From an uncultured Phycisphaerales bacterium (GTDB taxonomy: Bacteria > Planctomycetota > Phycisphaerae > Sedimentisphaerales > Anaerobacaceae), in the NCBI GenBank assembly GCA_963772725.1, contig CAVYYI010000005.1:192001-256000 (forward strand): a stretch of 64,000 nt of DNA, read 5' to 3'. A program made the translations under genes and the position numbers. This document shows, one piece after another, positions 9,551 to 19,470 of this stretch. Positions within the stretch are counted from its first letter, which is position 1. Each line of letters starts with the position of its first letter. Below the pieces are notes generated by a model, which saw only the letters and a program-made list of their open reading frames with translations, was not told the DNA's origin and did no database searches.

Positions 9551-10542
9551 TGCCTCAAAACAACGGAAAAATTATTTACACCTGCCCCTATGTTCCCGCT
9601 GAGTGGATAGCGGCGCACAGCCTTTCCCCATGTCGCCTTACACTCAATGCCGCTGATGTGAAAAGTATCGTCGAACATAGGCAGGGCCTTTGTCCTTACG
9701 TAAAAAGTTTTATCAATGAGGTCATGACAAATAACACTGCCTCTGCCGTCATAGTAACAACACTTTGCGACCAGATGCGGCGGGCATTTGATATAATAAC
9801 CAATCAAACCTCTCTGCCAGCCTTTCTTTTAAATGTCCCCCATACTTGGCAGGATATTTCCGCTGTGAAACTTTATCTTGACGAACTCAAACGACTCGGA
9901 AAATTTTTATGCACAATGGGAGGCAAATCTCCGTCAAATGATATCCTGGCTGAAATTATGCTCAATTACGACTCCAACCGAAAGGCTATTTTAGATGCCA
10001 AAGATTTTTTACCATCCCGGCGATTTTCCGAGACTATTGCGGAATTTAACTATTCCGGAAAATGCAATATCGAAAAAGAAACTCCCGAATCGCCGCAGGG
10101 CGTGCCTTTAGCGATTCTCGGAGGACCGCTTACCAAAGAAGCTTTCGAAATATTCGATATAGTTAAAAACGCCGGCGGAAATATTATTCTGGATGCGACC
10201 GAAACCGGCGAAAGAGGTTTGTGTGCGGGATTTGACCGCAGGCAATTAAGACATGACCCGCTGACCGAACTTGCCAACGCTTATTTTTACGGCATAGTAG
10301 ATGCCTCCCGCAGACCCGATAGCGAACTTTATAACTGGGTCAAACAAAAGCTTATCGAAAGACCCGTAAAAGGAATTATTTTTTATCGCTATATCTGGTG
10401 CGACGCCTGGCATGCGGAACTTTCCCGCCTAAAGCAATGGTCAAAACTCCCTATTCTTGATTTAGATACCCCCGGCGATGAACCGCTTACAATGCCCCGC
10501 ATCTCACAGCGGATTTCCGCCTTCATGGAGATACTTCGATGA
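9550..10542 (+). CDS. 2-hydroxyacyl-CoA dehydratase family (HgdB/FldC-like) subunit
   Basis: CPYVPAE, LCPYVKS, LCDQMRR, WCDAW, RISAFME. Confidence 0.8.
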   Translation: MPQNNGKIIYTCPYVPAEWIAAHSLSPCRLTLNAADVKSIVEHRQGLCPYVKSFINEVMTNNTASAVIVTTLCDQMRRAFDIITNQTSLPAFLLNVPHTWQDISAVKLYLDELKRLGKFLCTMGGKSPSNDILAEIMLNYDSNRKAILDAKDFLPSRRFSETIAEFNYSGKCNIEKETPESPQGVPLAILGGPLTKEAFEIFDIVKNAGGNIILDATETGERGLCAGFDRRQLRHDPLTELANAYFYGIVDASRRPDSELYNWVKQKLIERPVKGIIFYRYIWCDAWHAELSRLKQWSKLPILDLDTPGDEPLTMPRISQRISAFMEILR

Positions 10543-11924
10543 AAGATATGCCCAGACAACTTACGCTTGAACAATGGGATACCCGCTACAAAGAACTGCG
10601 CCGCCAGGGATTGCGTGAACCGTCGTACGGCGGCCCCCTCAGCAGACACGTCGCCGAAAGTTCTGATTACAGGCTGGCGAAACTGCGATACGATGATTCG
10701 CCGGCGGCGCTGAGGCTGTGGAATTTTCTGCTCACCGAGGAGCAGCGACTGCACCAGGCAAAAACGCAGGGCAAAAAAATCATAGGTGTCATGAAAGATT
10801 TGGGCACCGTCCCAGTTATGACTTACTCGCTGGATAATCTCGTCGCCTTTTACCCTGACGGCACCTGGTGGATACCATGCATAACAGAACTAAATACCGG
10901 AATGCTCGCAATTGCCGATTCGCTCGGCATAGACGAATCTTTCTGTCCCGTCCGTGCGATGCTGGGCGCATTTGTCAGTGGTGAACACTTTCCCATTCCC
11001 GACAGGTTAATATGCGAGCGTTTGCGCAACGTGCGACGATTTTTCTGCCATCGCCCAGAGGCTCAACAGTCTCGATTATCCGATTTTATGGTGGGAAATT
11101 CCACACAGGCGCACACCCGAACCAAACGAAGAAGCCGTGACCCTGCCCGGCGGATTTTCTTCGCCGAAAACACAGGTTGAATTTGTCAAATCGCAGTTAA
11201 AAATAATTAAATCCGCAATCGAAGAACTGGCAGGCGAAAAACTCGATGACAAAAAACTCTCACGTGGTATTGCAAAGGCGAATCTTGTGCGGAGATATCT
11301 TGCAGAACTGCGCCACGAAGTATTTACTGCCCCTGTATGTCCGCTTGGCACTTGGAAATGCTTATCGCCGAAATGTTAGCGATACACTTCTGCTCCGATC
11401 AGGAAGAAACAATAATCGTATTAAAGCAATTGTCCGAAGAAGTAAAACATCGCGTCCATACAGGAAAAGGCCTTCTCGATTCCGCCGCGGCAAAAATCTT
11501 CTGGGTCAATCCTGTCGCCGATTTGCAGGTAATGAATCTTCTCGAACACTGCGGCGGCAGAATATGCGGAACTGAATATCTTTTCACTCACGCACTTGAT
11601 ATGATTCCCGAAAATATACCGCCGATAGACGCGCTTGCACAGATGGCTCTCGCCGACCCTATGGTGGGTGCTGCTGCACAACGTGCCTCGCGAATTTGTG
11701 CCGATGCGCGAAGATTCGGTTCGGAGGCGGTATTAATCTCTCGGATACCGGGGGCAAGCCATTGCGCCCTCGAAGGTCAAATCATCGGCGAAATTGTACA
11801 CGAACAACTTGACATACCCGTGCTTGAAATTGAGGTGCCGCCGATTGCCGATTCGATTTCCGCCTCGCTGATAAATCGCCTCGAATCGCTTATCGAAACC
11901 ATAAAACAACGGAGGAAAAAATGA
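10539..11924 (+). CDS. 2-hydroxyacyl-CoA dehydratase family subunit; two compensating frameshifts (~11016, ~11350)
   Basis: FCPVRA, then ATCDDFSAIAQRL in the shifted frame, then PGASHC and RLESLIE; ATGA overlaps with both neighbours. Confidence 0.75.
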
Positions 11925-12700
11925 TTTACGCTGGAATAGACGCGGGTTCACGGACAATAAAAATTGTTCTCTTCGACGCCGGCAAAAAACGGATTATCGC
12001 CAGGGGTCTTGCCGACCAGGGTGTCGAACAGAACAAGCTTGCCGAATCCCTTTTTAAAAAAATGCTAAAAGAAAATGACATTGCCCGAAAAGATGTCCGC
12101 CGGATTATCGCCACAGGCTACGGCAAAAACATCATATCGCAGGCCGATACCACCGTAACTGAGATTACATGTCACGCGGTTGGTGTACGTTTTTTTACTC
12201 ACGACGCGATGACCGTTATCGACATCGGAGGCCAGGACAGCAAGGTTATCAAACTTGATAAGACCGGCAGGATTCGCGATTTCTCGATGAACGACCGCTG
12301 CGCCGCCGGGACGGGACGATTTCTCGAAATTGTCGCTGCCCGGCTTAATGTCAACCTTGACGCGCTGGGGGTTTTATCATCGAAAAGCACACAACCCGCG
12401 GCGGTAAGCAGTATGTGCGTTGTCTTTGCCGAAACGGAAATTGTTGGCCTTCTCGCGTGCGGCAAACCCAGGGAGGATATTGTCGCTGGCGTTCAGTCCG
12501 CCATTGCGTCGAGGGTTGTCGCTCTTGCCGGCAGAAATCTCGATTCCCCCGTTGTTTTTACAGGCGGAGTCGCAATGGTCTCCGGAATGGATACGGCTTT
12601 GAAATATGCATTGGGACACAATATCAGAATTTCACCTGAGCCCCAAATGACCGGCGCAGTCGGCGCAGCGATTCTGGCGTCGAACCATAGTATGATATAG
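11921..12700 (+). CDS. ATP-dependent [4Fe-4S] activator (HgdC/BadF family)
   Basis: GIDAGSRTIK, ATGYG, EITCHA, DIGGQDSK, NDRCAAGTGRFLE, SSMCVVFAE. Confidence 0.93.
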   Translation: MIYAGIDAGSRTIKIVLFDAGKKRIIARGLADQGVEQNKLAESLFKKMLKENDIARKDVRRIIATGYGKNIISQADTTVTEITCHAVGVRFFTHDAMTVIDIGGQDSKVIKLDKTGRIRDFSMNDRCAAGTGRFLEIVAARLNVNLDALGVLSSKSTQPAAVSSMCVVFAETEIVGLLACGKPREDIVAGVQSAIASRVVALAGRNLDSPVVFTGGVAMVSGMDTALKYALGHNIRISPEPQMTGAVGAAILASNHSMI

Positions 12701-12723
12701 CAATTATAAAAAAGGATATAAAT

Positions 12724-13929
12724 ATGATAAATATCGAAAGACGAAAGCAGGTTATGCAGCGGTCAATCAAACTCGGCCACTGTGTTTGCGACCCGAAAAA
12801 ACCGTGCCCCTGCGACATTTTCAAAGAAAAAAATATTTGCCTTTGCGCAGGTGAAAGACTCGACGAAACTATTGGTGACGTACAATTGACAAAATTCGCC
12901 GAAAAGGCGGGCTGCGCATCAAAAATCGACCAGGCTTTTTTGAAAAGTGTTCTCAAAGACCTGCCTGCAATTGACGACCCCAATGTGCTTGTTGGTATGG
13001 CCGCAGGTGACGACGCGGGTATTTACGATATCGGCAATGGGCGAGTACTCGTGCAGACCGTAGATGTTTTCACTCCGACGGTCGATGACCCGTATTTGTT
13101 CGGGCAGGTGGCCGCCGCAAACTCGGTCAGCGATATTTATGCTATGGGAGGTACACCTCTGACAGCTCTTTCGATAATCGGTTTTCCCGTGCGAAAGCTT
13201 CCCGATAAAGCGATGTACGAAATCCTGCGAGGCGGCATCGACAAGATGAAAGAAGCCGGCGCAGCGGTAATCGGCGGGCATAGCATCAACGATGTTGATG
13301 TAAAAGCCGGTTTTGCTGTAACGGGAATAATGCAAAAAGATAAATTCATAACAAACTCTGGCGCACAAGCCGGCGATGTATTGATTCTCACAAAGCCGCT
13401 TGGCACAGGTATTATTACCTTCGCATCTCAAATCGACCGCGCAAGTCCGCAAAGCAAAGACGCCTCGGCAAAATCAATGACCATGCTCAATAAAACGGCT
13501 TCTGAGTTGATGGTCAAATTCGGCGTTCACGCCTGTACCGATGTTACGGGTTTTAGCCTGATGGGACACCTCACCGAAATGGCCCAAAGAAGCGGTGTTG
13601 ACCTCGAACTAATATGGGATGATATTCCGCTGCTACCGGGTGTGCTTGAATATGCGGCTCAGAGTATTTTGCCTGGCGCCATCGAGCGAAATAAAGAATC
13701 GTGCGGCGAACGTGTTGTCACAGCCAAGGAACTAAAACGTGAACTTGCCGATATCTGCTACGATGCACAAACTTCAGGCGGTCTGCTTATCGCGGTCGCC
13801 CCCAATATTGCCGCCGATTTCCTCAACGCTCTGCACCAAAACGGCATCGCTGAGGCCGCGATTATCGGCAATGTTATCGCCAAAGGCACCGGCATTATTT
13901 ATCTTAACACCACGAACACTAGCAAATAG
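12724..13929 (+). CDS. selD: Selenide, water dikinase (selenophosphate synthetase), Cys-type, with an extra N-terminal Cys-rich domain
   Basis: GCASK, DDAG, QTVDVFTP, ANSVSDIYAMGG, GGHS, TDVTGF, DAQTSGGLL; next to tRNA-Sec. Confidence 0.95.
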   Translation: MINIERRKQVMQRSIKLGHCVCDPKKPCPCDIFKEKNICLCAGERLDETIGDVQLTKFAEKAGCASKIDQAFLKSVLKDLPAIDDPNVLVGMAAGDDAGIYDIGNGRVLVQTVDVFTPTVDDPYLFGQVAAANSVSDIYAMGGTPLTALSIIGFPVRKLPDKAMYEILRGGIDKMKEAGAAVIGGHSINDVDVKAGFAVTGIMQKDKFITNSGAQAGDVLILTKPLGTGIITFASQIDRASPQSKDASAKSMTMLNKTASELMVKFGVHACTDVTGFSLMGHLTEMAQRSGVDLELIWDDIPLLPGVLEYAAQSILPGAIERNKESCGERVVTAKELKRELADICYDAQTSGGLLIAVAPNIAADFLNALHQNGIAEAAIIGNVIAKGTGIIYLNTTNTSK

Positions 13930-13951
13930 GAATTTTTTGGTTTGAAATGGT

Positions 13952-13980
13952 TTGATGATAACAGTTTAATTATGTATAAT
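13952..13980 (+). promoter_or_regulatory. Sigma70-type promoter for selC and downstream genes
   Basis: TTGATG-N17-TATAAT. Confidence 0.55.
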
Positions 13981-14007
13981 TATGGATGAAGCTGAAAGAA
14001 TTTTATT

Positions 14008-14102
14008 GGAGGTGATAGGTGTCTGGTGACGCCCCTGGTCTTCAAAACCAGCGAGGGGTCGATAAGGTCCCGGGTGGGTTCGATTCCCATTCGCCTCCGC
14101 CA
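14008..14102 (+). tRNA. selC: tRNA-Sec (anticodon TCA)
   Basis: 95 nt; 8-bp acceptor stem GGAGGTGA/TCGCCTCC; anticodon TCA at 14042-14044; long variable arm; GTTCGATTC T-loop; encoded GCCA end. Confidence 0.97.
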
Positions 14103-14116
14103 AAAATAACCGCGAC

Positions 14117-14434
14117 ATGTTAAAGAAAGCCGCGTTAAATATGGATAATACAAAACCGAATATGAACCCTGCCACACGACGCCGTACGATTTTGTCGATT
14201 CTGGCGATACTCATCGCCCTCGCGCTATTTATCTGCGGCGCAGGCCTGCATACTATTAATGTTTATGCCCCCAAAGATGTAAAATCCTCAGATACCAAAC
14301 AGCTTAAACTGGCCGAACCTGCTGTTGTTAAAGATATAACCATCGGCGGACTCGTCCGGCTCGATAACGGCCAAATCAAACGCACTTATGCCGCAGGACA
14401 GGCCCCGGCACTGTGCCCTACCTGAGTAAAGTAA
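14117..14434 (+). CDS. Small single-TM protein with predicted C-terminal CxxU motif (CPTU-VK); start codon uncertain
   Basis: TGC CCT ACC TGA GTA AAG TAA; hairpin GGCTGTGG-TGT-CCATAGCC after a 13-nt spacer; directly downstream of selC. Confidence 0.7.
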
Positions 14435-14445
14435 AGGAGGCTGTG

Positions 14446-15303
14446 GTGTCCATAGCCAAAAAAGGATTAAATAAAATTGCTTCCAAACTCATCCCCATCC
14501 GGCTGTGGGTTCAGTCTGCCTTCCTGCTTATCTGGCTCGACCCCCTCGCGCTGAGGCTTCATAATTTCTGCTCACCAGTTTTTCATTGTTACTCCTGCCC
14601 GCTGGCAACTTTTGCCTGCCCGATTGGCGTCCTCGCAAATTTCAGCGCACTGCACATTTTTCCATTCATAGCCCTTGGTACGATTATACTGGCAGGGGGG
14701 CTCCTCGGCAGTCTAATCTGCGGATGGGTCTGCCCTTTCGGTTTGCTGCAAGACCTTGTCGCGAAAGTCCCCATCCAGAAATTTGACCCACCTCGCTGGA
14801 CAAACCATTTCCGCTATGTGGTTTTAATCGGCACTGTTCTTGCAGTTCCCTATTTTTTCGGCGAAGTACATCCGCTTTTTGTCTGCCGCCTCTGTCCCGC
14901 AGGCGCAATTGAAGGCGCAATTCCCAACATCGTTACTCAGGCCGCCGAAGGAAAACCGCTCGTTTGGCCAAGCGACGTAAAAATTATAATTGTCGTGCTC
15001 ATCGTCGCCGCTATGTTTATGATTAAAAGGCCGTGGTGCAGAATCTTCTGCCCTCTCGGCGCAATCTTCGGCCTGTTCAATCGCGTCTCAACGTTTTTCC
15101 TGCGAATCGACAACGGCAAATGCGTCAACTGTGTTCAGTGCCGCAAACTCTGCGAATACGGCGTCGAGCCGGACAAAAATGTCAATGACCCGCGATGCAT
15201 CCGCTGCCTCGAATGCGTCCGCTGTCCCCCCGAAGCCATCACCTTCACAAGCGTTTTTGAACGTTCGGATACCCCAAAATCCACCGCTACCAAAGATATA
15301 TAA
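14446..15303 (+). CDS. NapH/MauN-like membrane 4Fe-4S binding protein
   Basis: CYSCP..CPIG, CGWVCPFG, CRLCPAG, CRIFCPLG and two CxxCxxC motifs; AGGAGG RBS at 14435-14440 before GTG 14446. Confidence 0.88.
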   Translation: MSIAKKGLNKIASKLIPIRLWVQSAFLLIWLDPLALRLHNFCSPVFHCYSCPLATFACPIGVLANFSALHIFPFIALGTIILAGGLLGSLICGWVCPFGLLQDLVAKVPIQKFDPPRWTNHFRYVVLIGTVLAVPYFFGEVHPLFVCRLCPAGAIEGAIPNIVTQAAEGKPLVWPSDVKIIIVVLIVAAMFMIKRPWCRIFCPLGAIFGLFNRVSTFFLRIDNGKCVNCVQCRKLCEYGVEPDKNVNDPRCIRCLECVRCPPEAITFTSVFERSDTPKSTATKDI

Positions 15304-15316
15304 CAGTAGCAGTTTC

Positions 15317-17818
15317 TTACTTTTCAATTGCAGTGATTTTGCTATCCAGTTCTGTTACGCTGAATCCTTCGGTGGTTACTTTGTGGGTCTTGTCGGTTAG
15401 GATTAACCATGGCAGGGATTTGACGCCCCAAGTGAATTTTGTCTTTTCCGCGTTGTCTTTTACCATTCCCATAGGAAAATTAATATTCAGCTTTTTCAGC
15501 ATATCGGTCATGGCTAATTCATCGGCCTTGGAGGCCTGCACAGCGAGCACAACGATTCCTTTCTGCTTCAACTCATCGGTCTTTTTAACGAGTTCTGTCA
15601 GGCAATGTCTCAACGGCCGCTGATTTATGTCAAAAAAGCAAACTAATACCGCTTTATCATTTACATCAGCGGACGAAACTGCGCCTTTGAAATCCTTAAA
15701 ATCAGGCAGAGGTTTACCGATAAGTGACGCCGGCTGTTTGGCGACAAAACTTCTTCTGCCTTGCTGACTGATCACAATTTTAATATCGTTGGCGCCGCCC
15801 TCAGTCTGCGCACGACCATATAAATAGCTGCCTTTGATTTCCAAATTTGCGTTTATTTCAAGAGTCCCGGCGCAGACGCCATCAATTTTGAATTTGCCCT
15901 GTTTGTCGGTTTTGATATCATATTTTTGAGGCTGACCCTTGCCATAAGTATATAACCTGGCATCAGCGACAGGGTCATCGTTGGCATCGACTACAACTCC
16001 GGAAACGGATAAATTGGCCAATTGAAGCGTTACCGGCGGCAGTTCGATACGATTGTTGATGGCTGCATCTGCTGTAAGCACTTCCCGCTGGAACTGTTCA
16101 GTGCCGAAGCCGTCCGCGCTAATGCTCATTGAATATCTGCCTTCGGCGGGAATTGCTTTAATCTCGAATTTTCCCTGCTTATCGGTTTTAACGGGAGCCC
16201 CCATATTTGAACCATTATTTGATGACCACATTGTCACGCTAACCGAAGCGCCGGCAATAGGCTTATTATTCGGGTCGGTAACTTTACCGGCGAAAATCAG
16301 GCCTGGCGCGAGTTTAATATCTATTGTTTTAGTTTCCCGTGTTATTTCGACAGCGGCGGCGAGATTCTTCGACTCCTGCCTTGCGATAAGATAAGAGGTT
16401 CTTTCGTTACCCGGCCCGAACGTTTCTGGCTGCCATGTAAGCTCAAATTTGCCTTGTGCGTCAGTTTTAATATCTTCACGACCGCCCCATGGAAAAGCCA
16501 TGAGGTTAATGCCTTCTACGGCCTTACCCGCTTCATCGAGGACAACACCTGTAATCTTGGGCGGTGCGGAAAGCTGTATTTCGAGATGAGCTATCTTGCC
16601 GTTTTCTATTGCGATAGGTTCTCCACGCTGTTGTACCGATGCGTAACCTTCTTTGTACACATTGATGAGCCTGTATTCGCCCGGATTAAGACGAATTGCA
16701 GCGATACCGTTCTTGTCCGACCTTCCGATAGTGTACCGCTCCTGCTGTGAAGAAGGCCGAACATAAACTGATGCGCCTTCAATGGCTTTTTTCTCCACGT
16801 CGGTAACCAGTACCTCAAGTATACCGCCTTTATTTACCCATAAGGTGATTCCGCTTGTTGTTTTGCCCGTCTCAACATTCGCATCCACAGGTTCACTCGT
16901 CCATTCGCTGACTCCTTCAATGATCGGCACTAAAATTACAGCATAACTGCCAGCCGGAACATCATTAAAAGCGAATGTCCCGTCCGCAGCCGAAGTAACC
17001 GGTTGGGTGCCCAATGAAGGGCTGTTTCTTTCCAACGTTAACAAAATTTTGACCCCGCCTACGGGTTTGCCGTTAGATTTCTGTACGACTTTGCCTTCGA
17101 TTTTTCCGCCTGCGGTTTGAACAATCCTTATATTATCCTGTCCGGCAGTAAATTGAGGTTTGCCTCCACCGTAACCATTGAGGTTCATAGTAACGGCAAC
17201 AGCCCTGCCGGTTTTTCGTACCATAAATTCGGCGGCTGCATCAGCGGGAATATTATTGAAACTGAATCTGCCCCATTCATTGGTTCTGGTGACGAGGATA
17301 TCGAAAGGCTCCATCCCTATCAAAAACCGCGGCTGTTTTTGAGCATTATTTTGAGGATTATTTAGTTCTCCAATTACCATCATCATTACTCTGACCTCGG
17401 CATCGTAAACAGGTTCATTTGCATCATCGACCACAACACCCGCCAGCGTCATCGGTTTACCGAGTGTCATTTTAAATGTCTGGTCTTTGGCTGGGAGCCA
17501 ATTGGCCCAATCCATCGCCAAGCCGTCCTTTTGAGCTGTTATCATCACCTGGCTAAAGCGAGTCCCTTTTTTAATTGTAAAAGCGAATTTGCCGTCCGTC
17601 TTTGTTATAACATCTTCCTTTGTCTTTAAATCAGGAATCAGGAAAGAGGAACTCACCCCAAGTTCATACAGCGTAACTTTCGCCCCTTCGATGGGCTGAT
17701 TCTGGTCGTTGACGACCGTACCGGTGCAGGCTGCCTTGTCAACATCGTCAGCTTTTAGAGTATTAGCAAAAACGCTTAGAATACCCGCACATAAAACCAC
17801 CGTCAAAATTCTCCGCAT
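15317..17818 (-). CDS. Large exported protein: carboxypeptidase-regulatory-like (CnaB-like) repeats plus a C-terminal thioredoxin-like domain
   Basis: Signal peptide; repeated G.V.D....P+.GA.V...TD..G.F units; C-terminal GKPLPDF..VLVCFF..WGVKSLPWLIL. Confidence 0.75.
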   Translation of the reverse strand: MRRILTVVLCAGILSVFANTLKADDVDKAACTGTVVNDQNQPIEGAKVTLYELGVSSSFLIPDLKTKEDVITKTDGKFAFTIKKGTRFSQVMITAQKDGLAMDWANWLPAKDQTFKMTLGKPMTLAGVVVDDANEPVYDAEVRVMMMVIGELNNPQNNAQKQPRFLIGMEPFDILVTRTNEWGRFSFNNIPADAAAEFMVRKTGRAVAVTMNLNGYGGGKPQFTAGQDNIRIVQTAGGKIEGKVVQKSNGKPVGGVKILLTLERNSPSLGTQPVTSAADGTFAFNDVPAGSYAVILVPIIEGVSEWTSEPVDANVETGKTTSGITLWVNKGGILEVLVTDVEKKAIEGASVYVRPSSQQERYTIGRSDKNGIAAIRLNPGEYRLINVYKEGYASVQQRGEPIAIENGKIAHLEIQLSAPPKITGVVLDEAGKAVEGINLMAFPWGGREDIKTDAQGKFELTWQPETFGPGNERTSYLIARQESKNLAAAVEITRETKTIDIKLAPGLIFAGKVTDPNNKPIAGASVSVTMWSSNNGSNMGAPVKTDKQGKFEIKAIPAEGRYSMSISADGFGTEQFQREVLTADAAINNRIELPPVTLQLANLSVSGVVVDANDDPVADARLYTYGKGQPQKYDIKTDKQGKFKIDGVCAGTLEINANLEIKGSYLYGRAQTEGGANDIKIVISQQGRRSFVAKQPASLIGKPLPDFKDFKGAVSSADVNDKAVLVCFFDINQRPLRHCLTELVKKTDELKQKGIVVLAVQASKADELAMTDMLKKLNINFPMGMVKDNAEKTKFTWGVKSLPWLILTDKTHKVTTEGFSVTELDSKITAIEK

Positions 17819-17870
17819 TTTGAAGCTCCTTTAAACCCTAAACAAATTCTAATAACAAAATCTAAGACAA

Positions 17871-17896
17871 CCCCGCGGATAAACCGCGGGGCTTTT
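17871..17896. repeat. GC-rich palindrome (terminator or REP-like)
   Basis: CCCCGCGG-ATAAA-CCGCGGGG followed by CTTTT. Confidence 0.55.
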
Positions 17897-17943
17897 GGTT
17901 TTATTCTGTCTACTGTATCCTGTGTTCTGTATTCTTTCTAGAT

Positions 17944-19407
17944 TTAAGTTTTCTTTTTTCGGGTCAGTACCGCGATAATCACCATAATAAACACAATGAC
18001 CAGAACCGCAGGCCAGTTTATCTTCGAGGGGGTCTTCTGCTCCGCGGGTGCCTGCTCATTAGCCGCAATCGTCGCCTCAATGGTTATTGGTTTAATTTCA
18101 ACCTTGAACGGCAATCCACTTGCCAGTTCTACTGTCGCTGTAAATGGGCCTTTTACATTTTTGGGTCTCCGCCACGAGAGCGAACATGTCCCGCCTCAGC
18201 CATACTCGAAGTTTAATTTCTTGTCATACGACCCGTCTCCATTTTTGATGCTCAGTTTTGGAGCTGGCGGCCTGTTGTTATTTTTGAGGATTTCCAAATC
18301 TTCATCAAGCTGACCTGTTAAACTTTGCACGAACCGATATGACGGGAAAATTGCAACAATCGGACCTATTCCGCTTTCACGCTGCATTTTAAGTTCGCAG
18401 GTTACCGGCTCGCCGACAGCGAGGGCTGTTTCAGTATTTTCATTGACATCGAAGAGGGATTTTTTACTTTGCAGTTGTTGTGCTTTTAACTTCCAGGAAA
18501 CACTGTTATCGTCTTTTCGCTCAAGTTCCCAGAGATAGATGCGATATTTGCCAACGGGCAGTTTTCCGAGACCCTTATCGAGTTTGACATAGAAAAGGCC
18601 GTTGTTGCCTCCCGCTGCAAATGTGTTAATCGTCTCTGGAACCTTTATATTGCCGAAGACAACATTTTCCGCCGGTGAAAGCTTTACGTAAGCGCCGTCT
18701 TTTGCCACATCGAGTTGATACAGCTTATCATCAACTTCGATGTACTTACCAACGAAACGGCTGTTGCGTTCATTTTCTTTTTGGCCGATTATGATGCGGT
18801 CGCTTTTCCAGAAGTTGCCGGACTTGTCGTTAAATGTGCCGTTGCAGGTTTGGTCGATAAGAATACAGTGTTTTTTCACATTGCCAACCGTTATATCACC
18901 CTCGTACCAGCAGGCCAGTGAAGAATACAAGTAATTTTTATCGCCACTGACATAACAGGTAAAATTCAGATGATATGTGATTGGACCGTCCTGACCATCG
19001 AAAACGAGTTGAACAGGCCCGAATTGTGCTGAGCGGCCATCAGCTTGATACGGCTTGGCAGGTGTTTCATCATTGAGAGAGCCGTTATCCTTGGCGTCAA
19101 TAAAAAGCCTGTCGTAAGGCCCATTCTTTTTTGAGCGGTCAAGGGCGAGCCACAGGAACTTGTTTTTGGCCATAGGGCTTGACCATTTGCCGAATAAGGG
19201 CTTATCGCTGCTAAACTCTGGCAAAATAAGGTCTTGTGGTTTTTCGGTTTGAAGTTTTATGCCTGTCCCGCCGGAATAGCCCGTAATCTCGCGTGCCATC
19301 CGGTCGTAATGGTATTGAAGCCATTGTTCTTCCTGTGCCACCGCCACAGAGGTGAAAAAGAATATGCCAGCCAGAACCGCAACTTGGACAAACGCTTTCT
19401 TTGCCAT
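17944..19407 (-). CDS. Predicted exported selenoprotein, UGGxC family, with C-terminal membrane anchor (487 aa, Sec404)
   Basis: Signal peptide; in-frame TGA 18198-18196 followed by 83 open codons GGTCSLSWRRP...WPAVLVIVFIMVIIAVLTRKKKT. Confidence 0.85.
18166..18180 (-). promoter_or_regulatory. Candidate SECIS hairpin (bulged)
   Basis: CTCTCG-TGG-CGGAGA with the apex at the same distance from the UGA as in the paralogues. Confidence 0.65.
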
Positions 19408-19470
19408 TTTAGCACCTCATAAAGATAAATTTTAATTAAAACGGCCGGAAAAATTCACCGCTTTATAGTA

